Origin: Patiria miniata
Lineage: Eukaryota
DNA: 64,000 nucleotides
Assembly (NCBI RefSeq): GCF_015706575.1
Contig: NW_024037073.1
Location: 19,958,740 to 20,022,739, forward strand
Direction of reading: 5' to 3'
Shown here: piece after piece, positions 37,254 to 49,835 of the stretch
How positions within the stretch are numbered: the first letter of the stretch is position 1
How the letters are laid out: each line of letters starts with the position of its first letter
Notes under the pieces: generated by a model
The model's input: the letters and a program-made list of their open reading frames with translations, nothing else
Told to the model about the DNA's origin: nothing
Database searches by the model: none
Translations under genes and position numbers: made by a program

Positions 37254-38050
37254 GTAAGTTGTAGACGAGTGTTTTTACCATCTGTGATTTTTGCTTGAAA
37301 ACAAGGAAACCAGCCGAATTACTACATGTAGTTCATGTTTTTATTTTGGAGGGGGGTGGGCCTCGGCCTAAAAAAAAAGAAGAAGTTTAATTCACGTACA
37401 GTGAAGTGTTGAGCGCCAACATTTGACATAGTTTTTATAAAAGAAGATTAAACATCTTGTGAGTATCGCCCTGAAATGGAAATGAACTCATGTATTGGTC
37501 CATGTCCTAAGCAGTACCGCAAAAAGTCAACTTTAAGTCCATTCAGTTCAAAACTTGACAAAAATAGGCTGAATATCTCGAGTAAATTCATGGGTTGAAA
37601 TTTTTTTTTTTTAACCTAACTTCCTACTTACTTTTACCAAGTAAAGGACAATGTCCACCAATATCCATCACTCACTCTGCTTCACATACATGACATAATG
37701 AAATCCACCACTAAAGTGCTGGTGGATTTTGATGGAATGGCTTGCAGTACTGGATGCTAGGCAAAGTTCATCAAATTCACCCAGCACTGCTTCAGGCCTC
37801 CTGGCCAAAGTCCATCATACTCCATCACATTTTAGTCAAACCATGCCAACTGGACCATGTCCCCCAAAATCCACCTAAAATGGGGGTGATGGGGTTGGTA
37901 AGGTAAGGATTAATGTACAAAAAAAAGTGTGAAGTCTTAAGCATAATTTGAAAGTACAGAACATATTCTCAGCCAAACGTCTATTACATGTATGCATCAA
38001 CCCTTGAGGGCCCCAAATCTCATGCCACCACCTACTTTCTATTTTTCAAG

Positions 38051-38201
38051 ATCTGGGCTCCGCCCACCCCACCCCAGGATGAAAATGACGTCTACGTGGA
38101 CCTCTCAGCCAGCCTCATGTATGACACCTCCATCATGATGGAGTCCAAACTGCCTCCCGTCTACGTCAAGAAAGAACACAAGAAGACCAAAGTGGAACAA
38201 G
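38051..38201 (+). CDS. SRCAP/EP400-like: EP400-type exon (IWAPPTPPQDENDVYVDLSASLMYDTSIMMESKLPPVYVKKEHKKTKVEQ)
   Basis: Matches EP400 LWTPPTPPQDDSDIYLDSVMCLMYEATPIPEAKLPPVYVRKERKRHK. Acceptor ttttcaag|. Donor G|GTATTG. Confidence 0.85.
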
Positions 38202-39070
38202 GTATTGCTACCACTTTTCAGTAAATACTTGCTTCAAAAGTAGAGGTTGAGGGAAGGTGCTTTGAAATGGGAAAGTTTCACCAAAAGGGAGGACAGGGAA
38301 AAGTATTGGTTTTACCTGAATGCACACTCCAAATAGACATTTGTTTTTTTCTCAGAAATGTAACTGTGGCACTCTTAAAATTAGGGATAGGAGGCTCTTC
38401 TGATGTTGAACATGTAACAAATTTATTCTCTGTAATCTTGAAGTTAGAAATAAACTGTGTCACTTTGGTCTTCGGCAAGATTACCACTGTCAAAAAAAGT
38501 TTTTATAAAATGGCAACAATTAATTTGAATTTAAATTGTGTTTTGTGAAATGTGAATTGAGTGTAAATGAGTTAAAACCAAAAATAATGGGTGTGTCTTT
38601 TTATAACCGACACTACATTTTTTTTAATGAGAGTCGCCCATCATAAGGCCCATAAGCGCCACTCAACCTGAGGGCTACACAAAGAAGGGATTGAAAAGGA
38701 AATCTAAGGGAAAAAAAGGAAAATGCTTCAAGTAGAGCAATCAGTACATATTAATTTTTTTTTTAAGTATTCAGGACTGTCAGGGATTTGATGAATAAAG
38801 GTCACATCTCGGAGCACAGACTTTCTTCACATTGACCAAAAAATTAATAGAGTTGGGCCCCTGTTGCATCATGAGTCACTTATCCAAGTAAATTTGTCAG
38901 GATTTTTCCTGATTTCAAGATTTTAAGAAAATCCGTTTTGAACAGTGGAATTTGTGAGATGTTAACCGTAAACATCTCTTTACCTATAAAAGTCTCTTTA
39001 GAACAACAGAAATGGGTATTTCACAGCTACCTTGAGACAAATACAAGCATGTACCATTTTTATTCGCCAG

Positions 39071-39336
39071 GTATCCGCAAGATCAAGCCCCACACCAAGT
39101 CAGGCGAGGTGCCGCACCACACGGCGCACATCATGACCCCACCCCAGTCCCTCTTCAACCGCCCCTCGGCGGCCCTCCTGCGCATGCGACGCGAGGCCAA
39201 GCAGCAGAAGCTACGCGCCATGGCCGGCAAGCCCGTGGTCAAGCCGTTGCCCATAGTGCACCGGACTACCTCCACGGACATGCAGACGGCCGATCGGCAC
39301 GAGTGGCTGATCAACGAGGATTGGGCATTGCTGCAG
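39071..39336 (+). CDS. SRCAP/EP400-like: EP400-type exon leading into the SANT domain (…SLFNRPSAALLRMRREAKQQK…DRHEWLINEDWALLQ)
   Basis: Matches EP400 RSLFDRATPGLLKIRREGKEQKK…NPEWLISEDWALLQ. Donor CAG|GTATGC. Confidence 0.9.
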
Positions 39337-39947
39337 GTATGCTAATCATTCTATAAATTTAGAGTCCCTGTTACATCAGACATTTATGATTTTAGAATTT
39401 TGATGATCTCCTTGATACAGTCATCCTCCATGAGTGATAATGAATAGCGAACTACCTACCCACCAAGTAAATAATCCAGGAAGTCATTCTTAATGATACC
39501 TTTGAAAAGTTAGCGATTTTGCCCCTCCACTTTTAGCCAATCTATTTAAACCAAGCAAAGGTCAATTATTTGACCTTTGAGTCAAAGGTCCAACCGAAAC
39601 ACCCCCACACCCTCCCACCCCCACCCCCACCCCCACCCAATCCCCCAACCCAAACCCAAACCCCACCCCACCCCCAGCTTTCAAGGCTGTTCCGTCCCTG
39701 CTGGAAACAGTTCGAACCAATCAAATATTACTTTGCATAGTATTTGTGTCCCTTGATAGTTTCAGTGCAAATGATGTGTCATGGGTTTATGGAACACTTG
39801 CGAGGGAATTCAGGACGATTCTTTTCAAAGATACTAATTGAGTCCATTTTAATTTCCTATATGCATACACTTTGCAGGTCACACATTTCAGAATGCAAAT
39901 TAGTTTTTTTCTAAGTATTTTGTCCCCGTTTAATCCTCCTCCCTCAG

Positions 39948-40175
39948 GCTGTACAAGCTCTTCAGGAGCTCCCCCTCACCCTCCAGGCCGTCGTACCGGG
40001 CCACGTCATCAACTGGGACCTGGTTAGTGACATTGTCAACGGCACCAGTCGCATCTACCGCTCCCCCAAGCAGTGCCGCCACCGCTACGAGAACGTCATC
40101 ATACCACGGGAGGAGGGCAAGATACTCTATGACACCAACCCCAAGAAACAGAAGAAATCCAAGGGCATATACAGG
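39948..40175 (+). CDS. SRCAP/EP400-like: EP400-type SANT/Myb exon (AVQALQELPLTLQAVVPGHVINWDLVSDIVNGTSRIYRSPKQCRHRYENVIIPREEGK…)
   Basis: Matches EP400 AVKQLLELPLNLTIVSPAHTPNWDLVSDVVNSCSRIYRSSKQCRNRYENVIIPREEGK. Confidence 0.92.
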
Positions 40176-41125
40176 GTAAGGCTTGACTCCGTGATTCAAA
40201 CTCTCTGCCCCTCTCAGTAAGGCAAGATACTCTATGACACCTACCCCAAGAAACAGAAGAAATCTAAGGGCATACACAGGGTAAGGCTTGACTTCATGTT
40301 CCACACCATGAACCTTCTTGTTCCAGCTAATATTTTTTACACAGAATTTGATAACTCTGAAAGTATTTTTTTAAAAACCAGTGCCAGCTGTGAATGGAAA
40401 TTAATACTGCAGTTTATTTTGGACACTTGTTACTTGTTAGTAATAAGCCTCTTTACTGATGACGTCACACTTTGTTCACGTGTGTGCTTTCCTATGGTGC
40501 TCAGTGGACCTTGGGCCCCCACTGGCTCCATAGGAAAGTGCACATGTAAACAAAGTGTGACGTCATCAGCACAGAGGCTTATTGCTACTATGGACACCTT
40601 GCAAAAGTACGCCCCGCACAAGTTTTACAGAGAGATAGTTACAAATGACCTAACCGCATGCTGTAGTAGGTGCAGGGCTCGTATGTAGACACTGTGGGTT
40701 AATGATCATTCAGAATAGATTAATAATATACAAATATTGAGTGGCTCAGATTGGAATGGGAGGAATATTATCGCAAGGTAAATTCTAGACTTTAGCTGAG
40801 TGAAGTGGAAAAGTCCAGATTTTACCGAGTGATAATATTCCTCCCATTTCCCAATTTAAAGCCACTTGTTTTATATAACTGACATGTAGATGCTTGTCAT
40901 TTGATTTACAGTTAAAATGAACTTCTATTGCAATACAAAATTGGTGGAAAATGTATTTCTCTCTTTCAAACCACCCCTTCACAGAATGTTTGAACCCTAC
41001 TCTGTAGCTACTGGCTCTTGGGAACAATATGCGTTCAACAAGCACACCAGCATGCATTTACACACAAATACCACATTTTTATATTCTAAATCTTCAAACT
41101 CAGTCTCTTGAATTTCACTCCTTAG

Positions 41126-41265
41126 CAGACCAAGAACAACCGTCCCATGAAGACCAGCCAGCTACACACCCAGGACGGCAACGCCTCCCACACCATGTTC
41201 TACTCCAACAAGTTTGACCTGATGAAGACGGTGATCGGCAAGAGACAGCCCTACCTCAAACAGGT
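41126..41265 (+). CDS. SRCAP/EP400-like: EP400-type exon (QTKNNRPMKTSQLHTQDGNASHTMFYSNKFDLMKTVIGKRQPYLKQ + GT)
   Basis: Matches EP400 KNNRPLRTSQIYAQDENATHTQLYTSHFDLMKMTAGKR. Donor GT|GTAAGT was chosen so that the next exon is in frame (phase 2). Confidence 0.85.
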
Positions 41266-41916
41266 GTAAGTAGCCAACTGAACTCAAGAAAGAAACCACC
41301 CTCAAAACAAGGTTTTTTTCCTGTCTTATGAATTGTTTGATTGATTCACTTATATATACTGGATATGAACAAGCTTTGACCAGTTTTGGTTTGGAACCCT
41401 TGGACATGCGCAGAACCTCCCTTTGTAACAAATTTGCAATGAAATCCTTTAACTCAAGCAAATTCAATGAGTGGTTTGTCAAATCTAAAAGCACCCATAC
41501 TATGAATCTCCGGTCCAAACGAACACTTCATGTTCCATCTTGTAAAACAACCCGTTTTTATAATAGCCCAGTCCCATATCTCAACAGACTTGTTAATAGC
41601 GCACTCAGTTCACTCCCACCAGCCCAATGAAATTACCGGTTCTTTTTAGCATAGTACATGTATTGTTTTTCTGTGCAATTTTTGATATGTATACTATATT
41701 TTTTTGTACTTACAATTTTCCTTTGTTTTTACCGTTTACTCTTTGTGATTTCAACCTCATCTAATTTTTATTGAAATTTGTATGTAAACTGACTTGTAAT
41801 TCAGCCTGTGGGCTGCTATAAGCAGTGTTTTAATAAACCACAAATAATAATAATAACTGCACTTGTGCTGGGCTCAACGCTTACACCACTGATCCATTTC
41901 CACGTTGTTCTCGCAG

Positions 41917-42049
41917 CCTCAACAATCCCCTGCTGAAGAACCCCAAGCACAGCGCTGTACTGAACGACTTTGGTATCAGCTATGAGAAGCCCATGGTACC
42001 CATCCAGGTGGCCACCAAGAGAGCTGAGAGAATTGCACGGGAAAAGAAG
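41917..42049 (+). CDS. SRCAP/EP400-like: EP400-type exon ((V)LNNPLLKNPKHSAVLNDFGISYEKPMVPIQVATKRAERIAREKK)
   Basis: Matches EP400 MNPFQKNPKHASVLAESGINYDKPLPPIQVASLRAERIAKEKK. Confidence 0.9.
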
Positions 42050-43385
42050 GTACGCATCGCCAGTGGAAATATCAGGAGAGGAAAATTATGGGCTCCCTGC
42101 GCAAAAAAAGAGAGGGCGCTCTCTGACCAATTTTGAAAACTCCAGTGGGGAGACACACCACGTGCGCGTACTGGTCCGCATGCGTATGGCTCAAAAGTAT
42201 GCATGACCAATTCTATTCTGAATGCAAGCAAAGCCATAGCGATCTTGCGTGAGTGTCAGGTGTCATTGTTTGAATGTCTCTCCCAGTGGTCTCCCCCAAC
42301 CCTCCCTTTTTCTTGTTGAGGGGGTTTTTGTGCAAGAAGCCCATGCCACACTGTAATAATTTCACAAGTACATTGAAAAATACACATTGACAAGTGACAT
42401 TTTGTTTAGTAGTACGCCTGTGTGGCTTGCCCTTCTTCATACAAGAACAAATACATCAGCGGAAGTTCAATTGAGCAGTTTTCATTTTACCAGCGCAACT
42501 GGCGTGACCATTTTTCTCTTATTGCATTTTGTTTGGCATTGTCCTGTATTGTTTGAGCCACATGACAAATGTGTGCAAGAATCTTTGCTGAACATTTTGT
42601 TTAATGTCGCATTGTGTGTTCAATACCGCTCACATCACCTCATCATAAAGGGTGTGCATTTACGGGAACTACAGGAACTGGGTATCCGATTGAAGAAAAC
42701 ACGGGTACACGTTAAAGAAACCCAACCCCACAAGTCAAATCTGGGAATTTGCTGTTCAGATTGTTTATAAAGGCCCATGCAATAATACTACTACATGTAC
42801 ATCTGTGCAGCTAGGCGAAGTACATCAAATCACCCAGTGAGCATTTTTGTTTTACGGTGTAAACTGCAACTTTCGCTTGCATCATAAATGTGTAATATAT
42901 TGTGTTTTCATTGTTGAAAATTTCCCACCAATGACATTCAAACTTTTCTTTGTCATTGTCTGAGAAGTTACTAAGTAATATGTAAAGTTTGTTATGTGTA
43001 CTCAATTCCATAATCTGGAACCTGTTCCTGACATCAACGTTCGGGGTACCCGAATCCCCGATGCCGATGCACAGCCCTACCTCATCACCCCTTCACTGTT
43101 GGAATCCTTCAGTCTCCTGACAACGGGCAGATAATAATGTCCGAAACGTTGAGTTTCGTCCCCCGGTTCTTTTCAGAACCTCACAAAAGAGATTTTGACA
43201 CATAGTGCAACCGTAAACCTTTATATTATCACCTCATTTCAATGCATACTTTGCTGTATTGAGGTCATGCAAAGTCATCAGACCTTGGAGCAAAAATATT
43301 GAGAAAAAAAGCAAACCAGAACAGTTAAAGGTTTTGAAGCCTAATGTGACCTGCTTTTGCAATTGTTTCATGTCCATGCTTACAG

Positions 43386-43511
43386 GCAGCACAGGAGCAA
43401 CAGCAGCGACAGCGGATCCAAGATGCTCAGGCCAAGCAGCAGCAGGCTGTAGCAGCTGCAGCAGCAGCAGTAGCTCCACCAGTCACTACTGCCACTACAG
43501 CTACAGTCATG
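43386..43511 (+). CDS. SRCAP/EP400-like: EP400-type A/Q-rich exon (AAQEQQQRQRIQDAQAKQQQAVAAAAAAVAPPVTTATTATVM)
   Basis: Acceptor gcttacag|. Donor ATG|GTACAG. Phase 0/0. Analogous to EP400 ALADQQKAQQ…. Confidence 0.75.
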
Positions 43512-44069
43512 GTACAGTTACCCTTTGACCTTTAACCCTTCACCCTTAACCTTTCACCCTTAACCCTAGCCATTGCATAAAATTTGGCAGTGCACAGTTT
43601 CTCAACACACAGACATGATGGCATGCACATTTTTTGTGTTCTCAACTTCTATTGTGATTGCTAGCCTTGAGATTGCACTGTCTTTACGTTTGGATTTAAA
43701 TCAAAAAAACAAAAGTACTCTTTTTGGCTGTGGAACTTTGTTCAATTTGGGTCGTCTTTCGTCAGGCTGGTACGTTCCCTGTCATTCGTTGTTTGCAGGG
43801 CAAGATATCCCATCAAACCAGTGCAGAAATCTTAGTGTTTCACTATACATTTTTTCATTCACCAGCGTCAGGCTTCTCTTTGCATTCATCCCACTGATTT
43901 CCTCATTGTCACAACCCTACCCAAGGGTGCTGGTTGTGGCTGGTCTCTGATGAAATGTTGTCTAGGAAATACAAAGCACTGGGGGGGGGGGGGGGGGAAC
44001 ACATTGCCGACCAAGAAACCCTTGCTCATTGGTGCCCAACTCATCCCATTGCCATTTCACATTCCACAG

Positions 44070-44273
44070 CAGCCGGGTACCATCAATCGCACGGCGCTGG
44101 GCACCACGGCCATCCGCGTGACCGGCGGCAGCGCCAACAGCATTGTGGTCAATACACCCGGCGTGGTGACGGCCATTCCGGGCAACTCCTTCGCAAACAT
44201 CAACAAGCGCATGACCCAGCAGCAGGTGGGAACCATGGCGACCATCTCGGGGGCCACGCCCGTCATGGCTACT
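44070..44273 (+). CDS. SRCAP/EP400-like: EP400-type exon (QPGTINRTALGTTAIRVTGGSANSIVVNTPGVVTAIPGNSFANINKRMTQQQ…PVMAT)
   Basis: ORF 43950-44327 frame. Acceptor ttccacag|. Donor ACT|GTAAGT. Resembles EP400 NVIVNTIAGVPAATFQSINKRL. Confidence 0.8.
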
Positions 44274-45039
44274 GTAAGTGTGTATGTGTGGGTTTGTTTA
44301 TGGTGTAAATCGAGGACACGCATGTGAAACATCCTTGAGTAATTGAGGACAAGAGTCAAAACGAGGATGTCCTTGTTTAGAAAACGTGTACAAAACCAAT
44401 GGGAGCTGTTGCAAAAAATTAGAGTATAAACAAAAGATCGATGGTAAAACAGGTAGGGTAGGACAAAAATTTGCAGAAAAGCCTTTAAAAAGTTCACAAC
44501 ATGCTCCTTTTTCTAAAAAAAACACCCAAAGTCTTTCATGCCTTTATCATCACACCATGCCCATTCACAACATTGCTTTTTGGGTTGTAAAATTCCCACG
44601 TTATTTTTATAATAAATATAGTGGATCTGTGTTGTATGCTCACTTTAGCCCTAACGTCCTAACGGCTCTTTCGGGGTCAAGGACCAAATACCACAGAATA
44701 CTACATGTGTTGTGCACACTTGTTTGGAAAGAAATGCATACTACAGGTTTCTACTCGGTAGTATTTTGTAGCTTTAGGTGAGGTTAGGGTTAGTACTTGT
44801 AAGTCCTAAAAGGTTTCATCTGAAAGTGCACAAACCCTAGGTATTTCCCAGGCGGGTTTTTGAGGATTTTGTGCAGTATTGAGGAAAGTACTGGCAAGTC
44901 ACTGAAAGTTACAAAACCAAATGAAAGTGGCATAAGTTTTCTGCATGTCAGAGGATTTGAGATGAGTTGGGAAGGTTACTAGCAAGGTTACTAGCAAGGC
45001 TACTAGCAAGGTTAAGGTTACTAGCAAGGTTACTAGCAA

Positions 45040-45450
45040 GGTTAAGGTTACTAGCAAGGGTACTAGTAAGGTTACAGTGGAGCACTGTGGTCCAGTGGTT
45101 ATGGTGTTCCACTCATGTGCCGTGGTACATGGATTCGAACCCTGACGGGGAAAACTGTGCTTGTGTTTGTGGCAGGGCCAAGTTTCACTTGTGGTTTTTA
45201 ATGTATCGTTAGTTTTTTAGTATAGGAGTAGCCCCCTGAATAAATCTAGCCTTTTTAATAAAAAGGCTAGATTTATTCAGGGGGGCTACTCCTATTTTAC
45301 ACTAACAATACATTAAAAACCACAAGTGAAAGTTGGCCCTGCCACATGTTCTTGGGCAAGAAACTTTACTACAATTCGAGCGATTCACAATGCAGTGCGC
45401 CACCAAGAGTTTGCCATGGAGAGTCAACTTTTCAAGTTTACGGTCAACAA
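45040..45450. mobile_element. two tRNA-derived SINE-like copies arranged head-to-head around a 68-bp near-perfect palindrome (45225-45292)
   Basis: A-box-like CAGTGGTTATGG and B-box-like GGATTCGAACC in the + copy. The shared segment GGCAGGGCCAA(G/C)TTTCACTTGTGGTTTTTAATGTAT is inverted. A further fragment of the same element lies at 45630-45720. Confidence 0.55.
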
Positions 45451-45960
45451 AATATGGCCCATTTGAATGAGTGTCAGTAGACACTTGAGCTAATTTGTTA
45501 TAGATAGGGGCGTAGCGTTCAGCCGCCTTACCAAAAATCACCATATTGATACGAAGAAAAGAAAAGAAAAGGGCAAACAGATACTCGAATCATACGCTTA
45601 CGAAACTACTGACCTGTGTCCTGCGCTGCGAATTTGTCGACCATCTCCCACAATGCACTGGGAAGAATGAACTCTCCATGGCAAACTTTTGGTGGCGCTC
45701 TGCATTGTGAATCGCCCGAATTGCCTCTCTCCAGCCAGGAGTATAAATGGGTACCTGTGAAGGTAGTGACTACATTGCGCTGATCTCAAGCTGCTGCAGA
45801 TCAATGGTCTCATGGCCTGATGAACAGGGGTAATAATTGGGAAGCTGTTTGATACCTTTGGTTTAAAGCGCTATAAAAGCACCACATTATTATTATTATT
45901 TTTATAAAAAATGTTATGGGAGTTGAAGATCTATGACATTTCCTTTTTCTTCTGAACAAG

Positions 45961-46159
45961 GTTGCAAGTCCCCTGGGGCAGGTAGTCCGTGCCCAGGCCG
46001 TCCGCACCACCATCGCCCACGTCTCCCTGCCTAGCTCGGCAGGCATCATCACAAGCCAGGTCCGTGCACCAGTCACATCAGGCACGCAGGTGGTCATCAC
46101 CTCTGCAGGGTCTGTCAGCCAGGCTAGATCAACGCCCACCGCCACTGCTACAATGACAG
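45961..46159 (+). CDS. SRCAP/EP400-like: EP400-type exon (VASPLGQVVRAQAVRTTIAHVSLPSSAGIITSQVRAPVTSGTQVVITSAGSVSQARSTPTATATMT)
   Basis: Open frame with the required phases. Acceptor ttcttctgaacaag|. An alternative in-frame acceptor exists 21 nt downstream. Donor G|GTAGGC. Confidence 0.6.
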
Positions 46160-47224
46160 GTAGGCACTTGGCGATTCTTTACCGAGGCTGATTTCAAAAA
46201 AAAATTTCTCGTCTTGTAACGCATCTTAACTTATAAAGCGTCCGCTCTAAGACTGATGGTTCAGGGAGTAACAGATTTAGCAAAACACATAGAAAAACTC
46301 ATCATAAATACAGATGAACTAAGTAAGATAACATGACCAAAAAAATCCATTTTAAAATTTTTTAATGAGTTTAGTTGCATTCAGAAGGAAGTAAGGACAC
46401 GGTTAACACAGTTCGGTCAAATTGATCCTAGTATCAGTTATTATTTAAAAGTAGAGTAAATCATTTGCAGCTATCCCAAAAAGTAACTGACGAATTATTG
46501 TTGATATGTACACCTGGTTTAAAGATAGTAATGGTACTAAACTCCCTGTGAAATTATTTCACAGCATGCTGGCATTTCACAGCATGCAGCTTTCTGCCAT
46601 GCTGTCATTTTGAAGAAAACACTAAAAGAAGGCCATTTCTAAAGATGAGTCTAAAGACGCATATTTGGAAATTTCCGGTAGTAGTTCGTTTTTATATTCG
46701 GCAAAGACGTGAATGGGTGCCCACCAGCTTTGACACAACGCACACGCGCGCATGGTTGATACAATTCGTCGGTTCAGTGTGAGACATAGCATAGCTGCAA
46801 TTGGCTGAATAAGAACGTGTCCCAGACGCTGATTTCGGGCACAATTCAAAACATGGCTCCGCAACTTTTGCATTGAAATCGAGATCCTAGAATATTGTTG
46901 TATTGGAATATTCAGCATTCACTGAGCTAAAATAAAACATCATCAGGTAAGTTGTTAAGCACCCTTCTGTAGATGTTGAGCACTGTTGTTGCTTCTTACG
47001 AACAAAAAGGAAAAAAGGCAAATGATATACTCTACCTTTAAGGTACCCATCTGAAAATGGGCGTTATCGTTTTTGTATGAAATCAACCTGTGGTCTGTGA
47101 ATGGGCGTCACAGAGATTTGTGATAAAACAAATCTGTGTTTTCTCTGTCTTTTTGCATTTTGGGATATATGTTTACACATTCAAATAATTCTGGAAAAAA
47201 AAAATTGTATATAAGGCCCAAAAA

Positions 47225-47590
47225 AAAAAGTTTCCGGTTTCTGGTATGGAGCTTGTCCAAAAAGTGGTGCGGCGACGCGGCTTTTTTTTTTTTTTACCCG
47301 ACTTTTTTGCTTCAAATGTCGGCTGATGACTGCAAATGGTGCCCGACTAAACTTAGTGAAAATATATGGGAGTCCAGAGAGGCCACATAAAGCTTATTCT
47401 CGATCATAACCCCATATAAAAACACGTTAAAATTGTGCAGCAGCAGGATTCCAGTCAAACCAGTGAGTTTGGCGGTTTTGAGACATCATCTTTCATTGAA
47501 AAAAAAACTTTTTCATTTTGCCGACGCGCATGGCTACGGCGACGCGCGCGCATACCAGAAACCGGAGACTTTTTTTTTTTGGCTTAAACA
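47225..47590. mobile_element. MITE-like element with TIR TTTCCGGTTTCTGGTATG…CATACCAGAAACCGGAG and internal GGCGACGCG palindromes
   Basis: Inverted termini are visible. Contains T15 and A10 runs. Confidence 0.45.
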
Positions 47591-47627
47591 TTGTCAAATA
47601 TTGTACTTTTGTGTTGACTACTAGCAG

Positions 47628-47719
47628 CTAAGGTAGCCCAGTTCAGCCTGATAAAACAGCAAGCCATAAAACAGCAACTGATGCAGCAGGCTCAAGCACA
47701 GCAGCAGGCACAAATCAAG
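47628..47719 (+). CDS. SRCAP/EP400-like: EP400-type exon ((A)KVAQFSLIKQQAIKQQLMQQAQAQQQAQIK)
   Basis: Acceptor tactagcag|. Donor AAG|GTCAGT. Enters in phase 1. Confidence 0.65.
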
Positions 47720-49121
47720 GTCAGTAGAAACAAATAATATAATTGAAGGGAAAAAAGCCCCCCCCCCCCCCCCCCCCCCCACATTTTGTTACCTCCGCCA
47801 ATGAGGTTATGTTTTCACCGGTGTTGGTTCAGGTTGGTTGGTTTGACTGTGAATAGGATAACGCAAAAAGTTGAGGGCAGAGTTTCATGAAAATTTGTGT
47901 AGGGGTGGTCCTTGGTACAAGTGCGGACCCATTCGATTTTGGACGTAATCCTGATGCAGGTTTTTTTTAAAGGATTCTTCACCATTTTGTATGTGCAAAT
48001 ATGCCATAGGCCATGAAACTTGGGCACCCCTCCCCCCCCCAAAAAAAACTAATGGACCCGACCATTGCTGGGCCATATACTGTGCACACAGTGCAAGTGA
48101 CAGGCGGTGTGTGTTAAAGTCATTATGCCAGCCTTCTGGTCCCTCTAGAGACTTCTCGGCTAGCAAGCCCTGTTTTATGACCCTAATTTTAAACAGTGAC
48201 CCTATGGAAATGGCACAATTCTGCTATATGCACTTGATTATTCTGTATTCAATTTCAACAAGTGAACAATTAATATTAATATTAATACTGAGTGTTTCTG
48301 CCCTTTGATTTCAGAACATGATTGAGCATTTTAAAAGATCCTCATGTTGGATGTACTAACAATATGGTTGGGTTGTTTAGCCTTGGCGGAGATTGCGCTC
48401 TCTGAGTGCTTTCTAGTTTAAATCTCTTATCAGTCCGTCCTCATTTGCCGTATCTTCTGCAAAAAGCAGTAGGACCCTTAAAGGGTTCATGAAATGAAAT
48501 CTACACTGGCGCATATTTGTAGAAAATTTCTATTCGTCTGAAACGTATAAAACTATGAGACATCCTTTTCTGGAACAAATTTCCAAAGAGCACTTTTTTT
48601 TTTAATTTAAAATGTTTCATTATTTTCCTTACAACCGAGGGCGCTGTTTCTGTGGAACACACTTCACATTGTAAACCTTAACTGCAAACCATTTCACCAA
48701 ATGACCAAACGGCACTCCATACCTTAAATTATGCCTGGATACTTCTGAAGCACTTTTCTAAATGTTTTTGTAATGGCAACACTATGAATAAACTGCCCCA
48801 TTTGAACGATCCGAAAACACTCTTTTAGCTGGTATATGGTTGATGTATTGGTGGCAAATAATAGAGGCAGAAAATATAAATCTATAGACAAGAAATTCAG
48901 ATGCAGCCTAAGAGTCGTCTGGTTTTTAGCTGCCGACAGCAGCTCGACAAGTTGTGTCTCTCCGTTAATTAGTAACAAACATTCAATGAAAGGCAATAAT
49001 CCGGGAGACAATACCCTCATGCCTGCTCCGCGTACACATTCCACACAAAGTGCAACACAGATTCATTGGGAGTCCACGGCTTCTGAGATCATATGGAGCT
49101 TGTTCTCTTTGATACCAACAG

Positions 49122-49313
49122 CGACTGCAGCAAGCCCAAGCCCAAGCCAAGGTGGCCCAGGCCCAGGCGGAGGCCCAGGCCCAAGCTGTGCAGAAACAGC
49201 TCCAGTCCGGCCAGAAACCACCCACCAGCAACGTGACGGTCAGCCAGGTGGCTGCGACGACGTCCTCCCTGGCCCAGCCTCAGCTGACCCAGGCTGGCCA
49301 GGCCAGGGCACAG
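49122..49313 (+). CDS. SRCAP/EP400-like: EP400-type exon (RLQQAQAQAKVAQAQAEAQAQAVQKQLQSGQKPPTSNVTVSQVAATTSSLAQPQLTQAGQARAQ)
   Basis: ORF 49152-49364 frame extended upstream to the acceptor ccaacag|. Donor CAG|GTCAGT. Confidence 0.65.
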
Positions 49314-49835
49314 GTCAGTTGTAGTAGTAGTAGTAGCTCGTTCCTGATTCAGACATACAAATAGAGACATCTTGTGTCTTTTGTGACAGATTTTTTGGCA
49401 CATCAATGCGCACATGTTTTCATGACCGCGATAGCGAATCGCAAAGGGAACTTGAAATTGCGAAGGGAACTTGTTAAAACAACTATGGTTTCTTTTCGAA
49501 AATAGCGAATATAAGTAGGCAAAAACAAAGAAATACAAGCATTTTTGACATAAAAAGGTTGTTGATAGGCATTTCGTGAAAGCAGAAAACACAACAGGAT
49601 TTTTTTGCTTTATTATTTTGAATTTTTTTCTTAGTATTTATTTGTAACTTGCTGATAAATATGTAAAGGTTAGGGCCATAAAAATAGGGTAGGTCAGGAA
49701 CCGGAAGCAGAACTTTTTTTTTTTTGGCCTTGTATAAATTTAGATTCCCAATCAAATTGTCAAAATGTCAGACTCTCAATTTTATTTTGACTTAAAATTG
49801 TATGTGACTCCTTAAAAAAAATTGTCTTCCCTTAG

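Noticed and set aside
39930-40304. 124-aa minus-strand ORF
   Set aside because: It is antisense to the SANT exon plus its tandem duplicate. The internal repeat explains its length.
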